Shown: piece after piece, positions 11,514-19,945 of the stretch
How the letters are laid out: each line of letters opens with the position of its first letter
Position numbering within the stretch: position 1 is the first letter of the stretch
DNA from: Chromatiaceae bacterium
Lineage (GTDB): Bacteria > Pseudomonadota > Gammaproteobacteria > Chromatiales > Chromatiaceae
Direction: 5' to 3'
DNA length: 64,000 nt
NCBI GenBank assembly: GCA_024235215.1
Contig: JACKMU010000008.1
Location: 150,563 to 214,562 of the forward strand
Notes under the pieces: model-generated
What the model saw: only the letters and a program-made list of their open reading frames with translations
The model's database searches: none
What the model was told of the DNA's origin: nothing
Position numbers and translations under genes: made by a program

Positions 11514-12194
11514 GCCGTTCGCCCCAAAGCCCGAGGCGGATCACTTCCCTGTGGGGCAGATCCGGCCCGACATCCTTGTCGGGCGTTCGCCTCAAGCCCG
11601 AGGCGGATCACTTCCCTGTGGGGCAGATCCGGCCCGACATCCTTGTCGGGCGTTCGCCTCAAGCCCGAGGCGGATCACTTCCCTGTGGGGCAGATCCGGC
11701 CCGACATCCTTGTCGGGCGTTCGCCTCAAGCCCGAGGCGGATCACTTCCCTGTGGGGCAGATCCGGCCCGACATCCTTGTCGGGCGTTCGCCTCAAGCCC
11801 GAGGCGGATCACTTCCCTGTGGGGCAGATCCGGCCCGACATCCTTGTCGGGCGTTCGCCTGCCTCAAGCCCGAGGCGGATCACTTCCCTGTGGGGCAGAT
11901 CCGGCCCGACATCCTTGTCGGGCGTTCGCCTCAAGCCCGAGGCGGATCACTTCCCTGTGGGGCAGATCCGGCCCGACATCCTTGTCGGGCGTTCGCCTCA
12001 AGCCCGAGGCGGATCACTTCCCTGTGGGGCAGATCCGGCCCGACATCCTTGTCGGGCGTTCGCCCTATAAATTGCTCCACAGGAGCAATTTCCGGCCCGA
12101 CATCCTTGTCGGGCGTTCGCCTCAAGCCCGAGGCGGATCACCCCTGGGGCAGATCCGGCCCGACTATAAATTGCTCCACAGGAGCAATTTATAG
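11514..12194. repeat. tandem array of a 67-nt unit (8 full near-identical units plus degenerate/partial units) carrying two GC-rich palindromes per unit
   Basis: The unit AGCCCGAGGCGGATCACTTCCCTGTGGGGCAGATCCGGCCCGACATCCTTGTCGGGCGTTCGCCTCA starts at 11528, 11595, 11662, 11729, 11796, 11867, 11934 and 12001. One 4-nt GCCT duplication lies at about 11861. Every unit is the same, so there are no unique spacers. Confidence 0.95.
12164..12194. repeat. 31-nt perfect palindrome (14-bp stem, ACA loop); a truncated copy lies at 12065-12091
   Basis: CTATAAATTGCTCC-ACA-GGAGCAATTTATAG, 3 nt from the moaD stop. The copy at 12065-12091 keeps a 10-bp stem. Confidence 0.9.
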
Positions 12195-12197
12195 GGC

Positions 12198-12443
12198 TCA
12201 CCCCCCGGTAACAGGAGGAAAGAATGCGACTTCATCGCCATCGGTGAGCGGAGTATCCAAACCAGCCATCTCCTGATTGACCGACATCAATATCAATTGA
12301 TCGCCGCCAAAAACCTCACTCCACACACCTCCGCGTGCTTGCAGCTGCGCGACCAGAGATTGCAAATCCGGTACCGCCTCCATTGATTCGCCATCACACT
12401 TCAACTCTTCCCTCAGACGAGCGAAAAAAAGTAACCTGATCAT
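12198..12443 (-). CDS. moaD: molybdopterin synthase sulfur-carrier subunit
   Basis: 81-aa ORF ending in ...VAFFPPVTGG (C-terminal Gly-Gly). Overlaps the moeA stop by 4 nt. Confidence 0.9.
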   Translation of the reverse strand: MIRLLFFARLREELKCDGESMEAVPDLQSLVAQLQARGGVWSEVFGGDQLILMSVNQEMAGLDTPLTDGDEVAFFPPVTGG

Positions 12444-13687
12444 CGCAGTAACTCACTGAAAGGCAGAAAACGCACAACATCGCCCCTGGATAAGAGGCGC
12501 CCCTCAGGTAGCACCGCCAGACCATTCGCCCAAGCCAATGAATTGAGCACACCGGAGGAGCGGCTGGGAAATATCGACACCCACGCCTCCCCCTGTTCAT
12601 CCAGTTCCATGCGTGCCCGGGCGAATTCCCGCCGCTTGTCCGGACGGGTCCAGTCACAATTGATCTTGGCGGTGACAGCGCGCGGTGCCAATGACCCGGT
12701 CACACCCTGCATCCTGAGAATGAACGGACGCGCAAACAGGCAGTAAGTGACAAACAGGGAGACCGGGTTGCCTGGCGTGCCGATGAACGGCACCTTTCCA
12801 ATATGCCCAAACGCCAGTGGCTTGCCCGGGCGAATCGCGATCTTCCAGAGATCAAGGTGGCCAAGCGTCTCCACCGCCGGTTTGATGTGGTCCTCCTCAC
12901 CGACCGAGACCCCACCCGAGGTCATGATCAGATCGGAGTGCTCGGCCGCGCTGCGCAACGCATCGCAGGTAGCCTGATAGGTATCTTTGACGATCCCCAG
13001 ATCAACCACTTCGCAGCCGATTTGCTCGAGCAGACCCGCCAGCGTGAAAACGTTGGAGTTGTAGATCTGCCCTGGAGCGAGTGGGCGCCCTGGCATGATC
13101 AGCTCGTCACCGGAAGAGAATATTGCCACTTTCAGGCGTCGGTAGACTCTGAGCCATGCCACTCCAACCGAGGCCAGCAGTCCCAATTGTTGCGGTTCCA
13201 GACGGATTCCGGGGCCCAACACCTCCTCGCCCTCCCGGGTATCCTCACCTGCACGCCGGATATTGGCTCCGACAGGTGGCAACTGTTTGATCACAACGCG
13301 CTCGCCATGCAGTTCACACTGCTCCTGAATGACGACGGTATCGGCATTCTCCGGTATCGGCGCACCGGTAAAGATACGCGCAGCGGTGCCTGCAGCAAGC
13401 GGCGCCCCTTGGACACCAGCAGGTATACGCTGAGAGACCGGCAGACTCATGTGCTCCGGACCCAAATCGGCACGGTTGACCGCATAACCGTCCATCGCGC
13501 TGTTATCCCAAGGGGGCATGGTCACACCACTCGACACCGCTTCAGCCAACACCCGACCCAAACCATCCGACAACGCCACAACTTCGCTCTGCTCCACCCT
13601 TCTGGCATGTGAAAGAAGCAGTTCCAGCGCGCCTTCGAACGGCATCAACTCCACCGTTTCGTGGGTCGAACAGTCACATTCACTCAT
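12440..13687 (-). CDS. moeA: molybdopterin molybdotransferase
   Basis: 415-aa ORF with PPWDNSAMDGYAV, the TGAPIP motif and the TSGGVSVGEEDH MoCF-binding domain. Confidence 0.9.
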   Translation of the reverse strand: MSECDCSTHETVELMPFEGALELLLSHARRVEQSEVVALSDGLGRVLAEAVSSGVTMPPWDNSAMDGYAVNRADLGPEHMSLPVSQRIPAGVQGAPLAAGTAARIFTGAPIPENADTVVIQEQCELHGERVVIKQLPPVGANIRRAGEDTREGEEVLGPGIRLEPQQLGLLASVGVAWLRVYRRLKVAIFSSGDELIMPGRPLAPGQIYNSNVFTLAGLLEQIGCEVVDLGIVKDTYQATCDALRSAAEHSDLIMTSGGVSVGEEDHIKPAVETLGHLDLWKIAIRPGKPLAFGHIGKVPFIGTPGNPVSLFVTYCLFARPFILRMQGVTGSLAPRAVTAKINCDWTRPDKRREFARARMELDEQGEAWVSIFPSRSSGVLNSLAWANGLAVLPEGRLLSRGDVVRFLPFSELLR

Positions 13688-13757
13688 AAGATCACTCTCC
13701 AGCAGGCTGCTGTAACGCCCCCGTTGCCAGGTGCACTCTGATGATGAGACGGATTTG

Positions 13758-14276
13758 TCAGGCGCGGAACATCTGCGCGAAATTACACGGCCGTGTACGA
13801 TGATCGAGCTGCGGCTGCAGTATCTTGCTCCAGCCGGTTCGACAGGCTCCGGTCGATCCAGGCAGACAGAATATCAGGGTCTGGTTGGTCAGTCCGGCGA
13901 TTGCCCGCGATTGTATCGCCGAGGCACCGATCTCCTCCATGGAGATGGCCCGAAACAGCTCGCCAAACCCCTCGATCGGCTTATCCAGCAGCGGCATTAC
14001 CGCTTCAGGAGTGCTGTCTCGTCCCGCGATACCGGTTCCACCGGTGCTGATGATCACATGCACTTCGGGATCCGCAATCCAACGCGAAAAAACTGCCCGC
14101 ATCTGATAGACATCATCCTTGACAATCACCTTCTCCATCAGACGGTGACCCGCCTCCACAACCCCCTGCTGGAGTACTCCGCCCGATTTGTCGGTCTCTG
14201 CCGTCCGTGTATCGGAGACAGTCAACACCGCAATATTGAGTGGTACGAAACCACTGTCGTCATAATGTCCTGTCAT
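13758..14276 (-). CDS. moaB: molybdenum cofactor biosynthesis protein B
   Basis: 172-aa ORF with IAVLTVSDTRT...ISTGGTGIAGRDSTPEA, a MoaB/MogA fold. Confidence 0.85.
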   Translation of the reverse strand: MTGHYDDSGFVPLNIAVLTVSDTRTAETDKSGGVLQQGVVEAGHRLMEKVIVKDDVYQMRAVFSRWIADPEVHVIISTGGTGIAGRDSTPEAVMPLLDKPIEGFGELFRAISMEEIGASAIQSRAIAGLTNQTLIFCLPGSTGACRTGWSKILQPQLDHRTRPCNFAQMFRA

Positions 14277-14493
14277 ATCTGCCTCTGAGCTTTTGAAAAA
14301 CCCCTGAATAAAGGCGCTGAAAATCGGTCAACACTGGCTGCAACCGAATCTTAAACCCACGCTACCAGCCCTAACCCCGTATCGGGAAACCGGAGGTGTG
14401 CAGCGCCTCCCAGCGTAACAGTGCACTGCGGCCAGTGCCATAAAGAGGAAAGGCTGCACAGACGCAAAGCCGACCCTATCAGCACGCTGCGGG

Positions 14494-15429
14494 TCAGGCG
14501 AAGGTAAAACCGAAGGAGCGTCTGAATCTGGCGTGAAACTCATCCAGGTCGAAGCGGTGATTCTGGGTGCCAGCCTGCTCGATCTTGATAGCGCCCATCA
14601 GTGCGGCAATGCGCCCGGTCACCTCCCAATCCATTCCATGCATCAATCCGTAGAGCAACCCGGCACGGTAGGCATCACCACAACCGGTCGGATCCACCAG
14701 AGAGATCGTAGGCGCCACCGGTATCCGATACTCCCGTTGCGCCGTATAGATCACGGAGCCATCCCCACCGCGGGTGACTATCACGCCCTGCACCATCTCG
14801 GTCAGCGCCTGGGGAGAGCGCCCGGTACGCTCCTCCATCAGCTTGGCTTCATAGTCGTTGAAGGCGAGCCAGCTGGCCTGCTCGGCAAACCGCAGCAGAT
14901 CCTCCCCATCGAACATCGGCATGCCCTGACCCGGATCGAAAATAAAGGGTATACCAGCCTCGGCGAACTGCCTCGCATGCTCGATCATCCCCTGGCGACC
15001 ATCCGGAGAAACCAGCCCGAGTGTGCAGCCGGAAGCTTCGTGTATGCTGTTGAGATGGGCATGGTTCATCGCACCAGGATGAAACGCGGTGATCTGATTG
15101 TCGTCCTGATCCGTGGTGATATAAGCTTGCGCGGTGTATTCGCCATCAATTACCCGGAGATGATCCCGGCTGACACCGCACTCATCCATCCACCGGGCAT
15201 AAGGTTCGAAATCGGTGCCCACCGTTCCCATTGGCTTCCCTTCACCGCCCAGGAGCTTCAGGTTGTAGGCGATATTACCGGCACAACCGCCGAACTCTCG
15301 ACGCAGTTCCGGCACCAGAAACGCAACGTTCAGGATATGTACCTGTTCCGGCAGAATATGGTTCTTGAACTGGTCATGAAACACCATGATGGTGTCATAG
15401 GCAAAGGATCCACAGATCAGGGCCGACAT
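14494..15429 (-). CDS. PfkB-family carbohydrate/nucleoside kinase
   Basis: 311-aa ORF with GGCAGNIAYNL near the N-terminus and DPTGCGDAYRAGLLYG near the C-terminus (PfkB signatures). Confidence 0.8.
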   Translation of the reverse strand: MSALICGSFAYDTIMVFHDQFKNHILPEQVHILNVAFLVPELRREFGGCAGNIAYNLKLLGGEGKPMGTVGTDFEPYARWMDECGVSRDHLRVIDGEYTAQAYITTDQDDNQITAFHPGAMNHAHLNSIHEASGCTLGLVSPDGRQGMIEHARQFAEAGIPFIFDPGQGMPMFDGEDLLRFAEQASWLAFNDYEAKLMEERTGRSPQALTEMVQGVIVTRGGDGSVIYTAQREYRIPVAPTISLVDPTGCGDAYRAGLLYGLMHGMDWEVTGRIAALMGAIKIEQAGTQNHRFDLDEFHARFRRSFGFTFA

Positions 15430-15508
15430 CTCTATTCCACAATGGGTTGCTGAATGGAGTGGATTCTACACCAATACCACAGACGCTGCCCCGTACCACG
15501 ATGTCACT

Positions 15509-17713
15509 CTACTGATTTCTCAGCAGCGCTCTGATCTCCTCCGGAGGTGCCGGACGGCCGAGATAGAAACCCTGCGCTTTGCCGCAGTCGAGGCGTTGCA
15601 GATACTCGACCTGAGCCTTACGCTCGACACCCTCGACCACCACCTCCAGATTGAGTTCGCGTGCCATCGCCAGTACCGCGGTAACGATCGAACTGCGATC
15701 TTTTGGGGCCTGGATACCGGAGATGAATGAGCGGTCGATCTTCAACGCATGCAGCGGCAGTGAATGAAGATAACTCAGTGATGAATAACCTATGCCAAAA
15801 TCATCCACCGCAACCCGTACCCCATTCACGGCGAGCTGTTGAAATTTACTGACCGCTTGATCCATATCCTGCATCAGAATATTTTCGGTAATTTCGAGCT
15901 CCAGCTGACTGCCGGCAACACCATGTTTGGCCAATGTATCCAGCACGGTGCGTTCGAACTCGGGCTGCACCAGTTGCGCTGCTGAGATATTGACCCCGAT
16001 CTGCACATTTCCAACTCCCTGCAGTTGCCAGGATTTCAACTCCCGACAGGCGCTGTCCAGCACCCAGTTACCGATCTCGACGATCAGGCCGGTCTCTTCT
16101 GACAATGGGATAAACTGATCCGGCAATAGCAGTCCCCGTTCCGGATGATTCCAGCGGATCAGCGCCTCCAGACCACAGATGCGCTGCTCCAGGATATTGA
16201 CCTGCGGCTGATAGAAGAGTTCGAATTCCCGCCGCTCCAGCGCTTTGCGAATACCGTTTTCCAGCGACAGTTGACGATGGAACACAGCTTTCATGTTATC
16301 CGCAAAAAACTCGAACCCATTCTTGCCGTGTGCCTTGATGTGGTACATCGCCATGTCGGAGTTTTTCACCAGCATATCGATGGTTTGACCATCATCCGGA
16401 AAAATGGCGATACCGATGCTAAAACTGACAAAGACCTCGTACCCGTCCAGAATCACAGGATCTTTCAACCGATCCATTATTTTGCGGGCAACCATCGCGG
16501 CATCCTCCCGCCCGGAGATTCCCGGCACCAGCAGATTGAACTCATCGCCACCGACCCGTGCCAGCGTATCGCCATCGCGCAGACAGGAGTGCAGCCGTGA
16601 CGCAACCGTCTGCAGCAGCTGGTCTCCAGCCAGATGTCCGAGCGAATCGTTGATCACCTTGAAGCGGTCCATGTCGAGAAACATCACCGCCAGCTTGGTT
16701 TTGTTTCGTTTTGCCTGAGAGATCGCCAGGTTCAGCCGGTCACGGAACAGCGACCGATTCGGCAGCTTGGTCAGCAGGTCGTGATAGAGTTGAAAATTGA
16801 TCACCTCTTCAGCCCGTTTTCGTTCGCTGATATCCCTGACCACGCCGTAGGTACCGACGAATTCCTGTTGCTGGGCCTCCTGCTGCGCGGTTGCATAAAT
16901 CCCCATGGCACTCAGCTCGATGGTGATGGAACGTGACTCGAAATAACGGTAGGGCAGCGCGCTTCCTTTACACAGCAGGCGAAACTCGATGTTGTTGCTC
17001 GCACGACTCCCGGTGCGCCGCTCATCGAACACATATTTCGCCTTTTCTATGTCATCCTTGTGCACGAACCTGGAGTAGTGTTCGCCCAAAATCTCCCCCG
17101 TTTCATAACCCAGCAGCGTCTTGATGCGCTCGTTGATGAATACGAAATTGCCGTTGTTATCCAGCATATAGATGATGTCGGGAGAGTTGTTGACAATGAA
17201 GCGATAGCGGTGCTCCGAAGCTTCAAGGCAACGGTGCATACGCCGCATCTTGCGCTCCAGTGTGCGCTTACGCAGTGTATTGTTGATGACGCGAATCAAC
17301 TCTTCCGGAGCATAGGGTTTACGCAAAAAGTCCTGTGCACCACAGCGCAACGCCTCTGTCGCGCTCTCAAACGTGGTCTCCCCGCTGACCACGATCACAT
17401 CCGTGTCCGGATAGTGCTCGCTGATCTCGTGCATGACCTGATAGCCGTCGATACCGGGCATATTCAAATCGAGCAACAACAGATCTATGCCACCTGCCGA
17501 CAGCAGTTCGAGAGCCTCCCTGCCACTGGCGGCAAGTTGGCACTGATGCCCGTAAGCATCCAACAGATCCCCCACGCTTGCACGCATACGGGCATCATCA
17601 TCAACCACCAGTACCGTGAATCTGCTATCTTCTGTTGGCCCAGCTACCTCTCCATGGCACTCTTCGCTCAGGGGGCCGAACCTGGCACCCAACCATGATG
17701 CGGAGGTTGTCAT
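15509..17713 (-). CDS. response regulator with REC-PAS-GGDEF-EAL domains (c-di-GMP turnover)
   Basis: 734-aa ORF. REC domain (VLVVDDD...LLLLDLNMPGIDG), PAS region, intact ARVGGDEFNLL and intact GLEALIRW / DDFGIGYSSLSYL motifs. Confidence 0.9.
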   Translation of the reverse strand: MTTSASWLGARFGPLSEECHGEVAGPTEDSRFTVLVVDDDARMRASVGDLLDAYGHQCQLAASGREALELLSAGGIDLLLLDLNMPGIDGYQVMHEISEHYPDTDVIVVSGETTFESATEALRCGAQDFLRKPYAPEELIRVINNTLRKRTLERKMRRMHRCLEASEHRYRFIVNNSPDIIYMLDNNGNFVFINERIKTLLGYETGEILGEHYSRFVHKDDIEKAKYVFDERRTGSRASNNIEFRLLCKGSALPYRYFESRSITIELSAMGIYATAQQEAQQQEFVGTYGVVRDISERKRAEEVINFQLYHDLLTKLPNRSLFRDRLNLAISQAKRNKTKLAVMFLDMDRFKVINDSLGHLAGDQLLQTVASRLHSCLRDGDTLARVGGDEFNLLVPGISGREDAAMVARKIMDRLKDPVILDGYEVFVSFSIGIAIFPDDGQTIDMLVKNSDMAMYHIKAHGKNGFEFFADNMKAVFHRQLSLENGIRKALERREFELFYQPQVNILEQRICGLEALIRWNHPERGLLLPDQFIPLSEETGLIVEIGNWVLDSACRELKSWQLQGVGNVQIGVNISAAQLVQPEFERTVLDTLAKHGVAGSQLELEITENILMQDMDQAVSKFQQLAVNGVRVAVDDFGIGYSSLSYLHSLPLHALKIDRSFISGIQAPKDRSSIVTAVLAMARELNLEVVVEGVERKAQVEYLQRLDCGKAQGFYLGRPAPPEEIRALLRNQ

Positions 17714-17782
17714 CTAATCACCTTGTTTTAATTGTAGCTACCCGGTAGCCGACGCTCCTCTCAGGTACCGATTAAATTTGCA

Positions 17783-19909
17783 CTACGCGCTCTCCAGATT
17801 CCTTGGCAGATGAATGGTAAATTCTGCCCCGCCTGAGCTGCGATTTCTACAACTGATAGAACCATGGATCTCTGATACCAGATTTTTCACGATGGTGAGA
17901 CCCAATCCGGAGTGAACCCCCCCTTTACTGCTCTTTACCGGTCGGAAAACGCTATCCAGCATTTCCGGTGGAATTCCCGGGCCGGAATCGGCCACGGTAA
18001 GTTCGACGTATTGCGCACCATCGATATTGATGCGATCACGGCTGGTGACGGTCAGTACGCCACCCTCTGGCATCGCTTCCACCGCGTTCTTGATCAAATT
18101 GGTCAATATCTGCTTCAGACTGTTTCTGCTGGTCAGAATCGGCGGCATGCCCGGATCCGTTTGAATATCGGATTTGATGCCTCTTGAGGTGAAATGAGAT
18201 ACCCGGAATATTCCCATGAGATCCCGTAGCAGCTCATTGATATCGACTGTGCCCTGAACCACTTCGACCGACGGAGAGAAGTCACGCATGCGCAGGATGA
18301 TATCCGCCACCCGCTCTATCTCTTCACTGAGAATCGTCAGCTGTTCCTGGACACCGCGCTCACTGCCCAAACGCATGGAGAGCACCTGAAGATAGTTTTT
18401 GATGATCGCCAACGGATTACTGGCCTCATGCGCCAGTTTGTGTATATGAGTCTGTTTCTGCTCCCGCTCGAAGGCGAGCGCCTCATCACGACTCCGGGTC
18501 AGCCGCAGCCGCTGGTGGAGCGTCCGTGCAACCGCCTCGGCCAAGCAATGCAGCAGGTTGGTTTGCTGCTGCAACCGTTCCAGGTCAACCGATGAGAGTC
18601 CGGCAGTAAGCACCCCCACAACCTCGGTTCCCACCCCAAGCGGAATACACAGCATGCCCTCCGTACCGAGCAGTTTGATCAACTGCATGTCTACTATCGA
18701 AAGGCGTCCCATCAGGTGTTGATCAAACGAAGAGAGCAGTTGATTGCCCAGGGAAGCATCGGCCGGTAGGCTTCTGCCTGGTTTCATACGCAGCTGAAAC
18801 TCTCGCACCACTTCAGGTCGGGTGCAATTGGTTGCCTGTGGCCGCAAAACCCCTGAGGTAGGTTCGGCGAGAAAACAGATGCCCCTGTTTAGGCCGAACA
18901 GAAGCTTTAAATCCTGCAGACTGGCGTTCAGCGCATCCTCCAGTTCAGAGGAACCCGCCAGATGCTGCTCCACGCCGTTCAGCAACGCGAACTCCCTCAC
19001 TCTGCGTGCAAGCGCCAGACGCACCTCTTCTCCGTCAGCACAGTATTCCTGATCTGCTCCCGCATCCGGGTCGAGAGCCAGACCGAGGTCGTCCGCCGCC
19101 TTGGCTACATCAGAACGTACCCCGGCCACAAGATCTTCGACCACCGGCGGTGGCAGCGCAAAAAGCAGACCTGCCTCCTGTACGGCAGCCTCACTCAGGC
19201 TGGCGAGGGTGGTTAATTTGTGGGAAAAATTGATCAATCTGACCAGTCGGGGAGTTTCCAGAATCCGCTCGGCCGGTTCCCGCTGATATCGCAGTGCATC
19301 GCTCAGCATCGAATCCGGATCCCACTCCCAGAGCAGCTGGGCACTCAACTCATTGCCACTGACCCCGAACAGCCTCTGCTCAGCTTCTCCGAGTGCCTGT
19401 TCGTCCCCCGCGCTCTGCAGCAGCTCGGGATAACGATCCGGCTCCTGGCGCAGAAAAATCAGCCCCCCTATCTGATGCAGCAGTCCTGCCAGGTGGGCTT
19501 CATCCGTCGACTCATAGCCAGTCAGCCTGGCCACTCTTTTGGCTGCACAGGCACAACCAAAAGAGTAACGCCAGAATCTGCCCAGCCATCGTCCGCTGGT
19601 CGTATTGAACTGGGAAAAAAAATGATGCACCGCGCTGGTTATCGCGATGGTCTTGATCGTATCGAGCCCAAGGATGACCAGCAGCCGGTCGAAACTTTTT
19701 ATCTCACTCCATCGGGTATGGGCGGATGAGTCGGCTGCAGATATCAACTTCGCGCAGAGTCCTGCGTCCGTCTGAATAATCGTGGACAACTCTTCGAAAC
19801 TGACCCCAGGCTTATGACAAGACTCCAGCAATTTCAGTAAAACATGGGGAATCGAAGGTATCTGGCCCAGATCACATTTTTGTATATTATTGTTTTGAAC
19901 CCCAACCAT
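17783..19909 (-). CDS. HDOD domain-containing sensor histidine kinase
   Basis: 708-aa ORF. N-terminal HDOD-like region (IPSIPHVLLKLLESCHKPGVSFEELSTIIQTDAGLCAKLIS), central GAF-like region, H-box HKLAHEASNPLAII, and an ATPase domain (NLIKNAVEAM, DSGPGIP, GLGLTIV). Confidence 0.85.
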   Translation of the reverse strand: MVGVQNNNIQKCDLGQIPSIPHVLLKLLESCHKPGVSFEELSTIIQTDAGLCAKLISAADSSAHTRWSEIKSFDRLLVILGLDTIKTIAITSAVHHFFSQFNTTSGRWLGRFWRYSFGCACAAKRVARLTGYESTDEAHLAGLLHQIGGLIFLRQEPDRYPELLQSAGDEQALGEAEQRLFGVSGNELSAQLLWEWDPDSMLSDALRYQREPAERILETPRLVRLINFSHKLTTLASLSEAAVQEAGLLFALPPPVVEDLVAGVRSDVAKAADDLGLALDPDAGADQEYCADGEEVRLALARRVREFALLNGVEQHLAGSSELEDALNASLQDLKLLFGLNRGICFLAEPTSGVLRPQATNCTRPEVVREFQLRMKPGRSLPADASLGNQLLSSFDQHLMGRLSIVDMQLIKLLGTEGMLCIPLGVGTEVVGVLTAGLSSVDLERLQQQTNLLHCLAEAVARTLHQRLRLTRSRDEALAFEREQKQTHIHKLAHEASNPLAIIKNYLQVLSMRLGSERGVQEQLTILSEEIERVADIILRMRDFSPSVEVVQGTVDINELLRDLMGIFRVSHFTSRGIKSDIQTDPGMPPILTSRNSLKQILTNLIKNAVEAMPEGGVLTVTSRDRINIDGAQYVELTVADSGPGIPPEMLDSVFRPVKSSKGGVHSGLGLTIVKNLVSEIHGSISCRNRSSGGAEFTIHLPRNLESA

Positions 19910-19945
19910 AGCCGGATTACTGTACCAGATCTCAGTACCATATCA

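Noticed and set aside
11514-12194. The 67-nt periodic array as a CRISPR locus (for example a 36-nt repeat plus a 31-nt spacer).
   Set aside because: Every 67-nt period is identical, so there are no unique spacers. No cas genes or leader are present in the window.
11025-12276. Three long overlapping plus-strand ORFs (389, 305 and 196 aa) run through the 67-nt array and yield a 67-aa-period repeat protein (…KPEADHFPVGQIRPDILVGRSPQARGGSLPCGADPARHPCRAFASSPRRITSLWGRSGPTSLSGVRL…).
   Set aside because: They arise because the unit has no stop in any plus frame and 67 = 1 mod 3, so one reading cycles through all three frames. They are antisense to moaE and moaD, lack a convincing RBS, and have low-complexity composition. 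The all-frames-open property is curious but I cannot support translation; proteomics or Ribo-seq would be needed.
14277-14493. A Moco riboswitch in the 217-nt region upstream of moaB.
   Set aside because: The location is plausible, but on the transcribed (minus) strand I could not find the conserved core I remember for the Moco RNA motif (a GGAAAGG-type element preceding a CCUCC-containing P1). A GGAAAGG occurs only on the wrong strand. A cmsearch with Rfam RF01055 would settle it.
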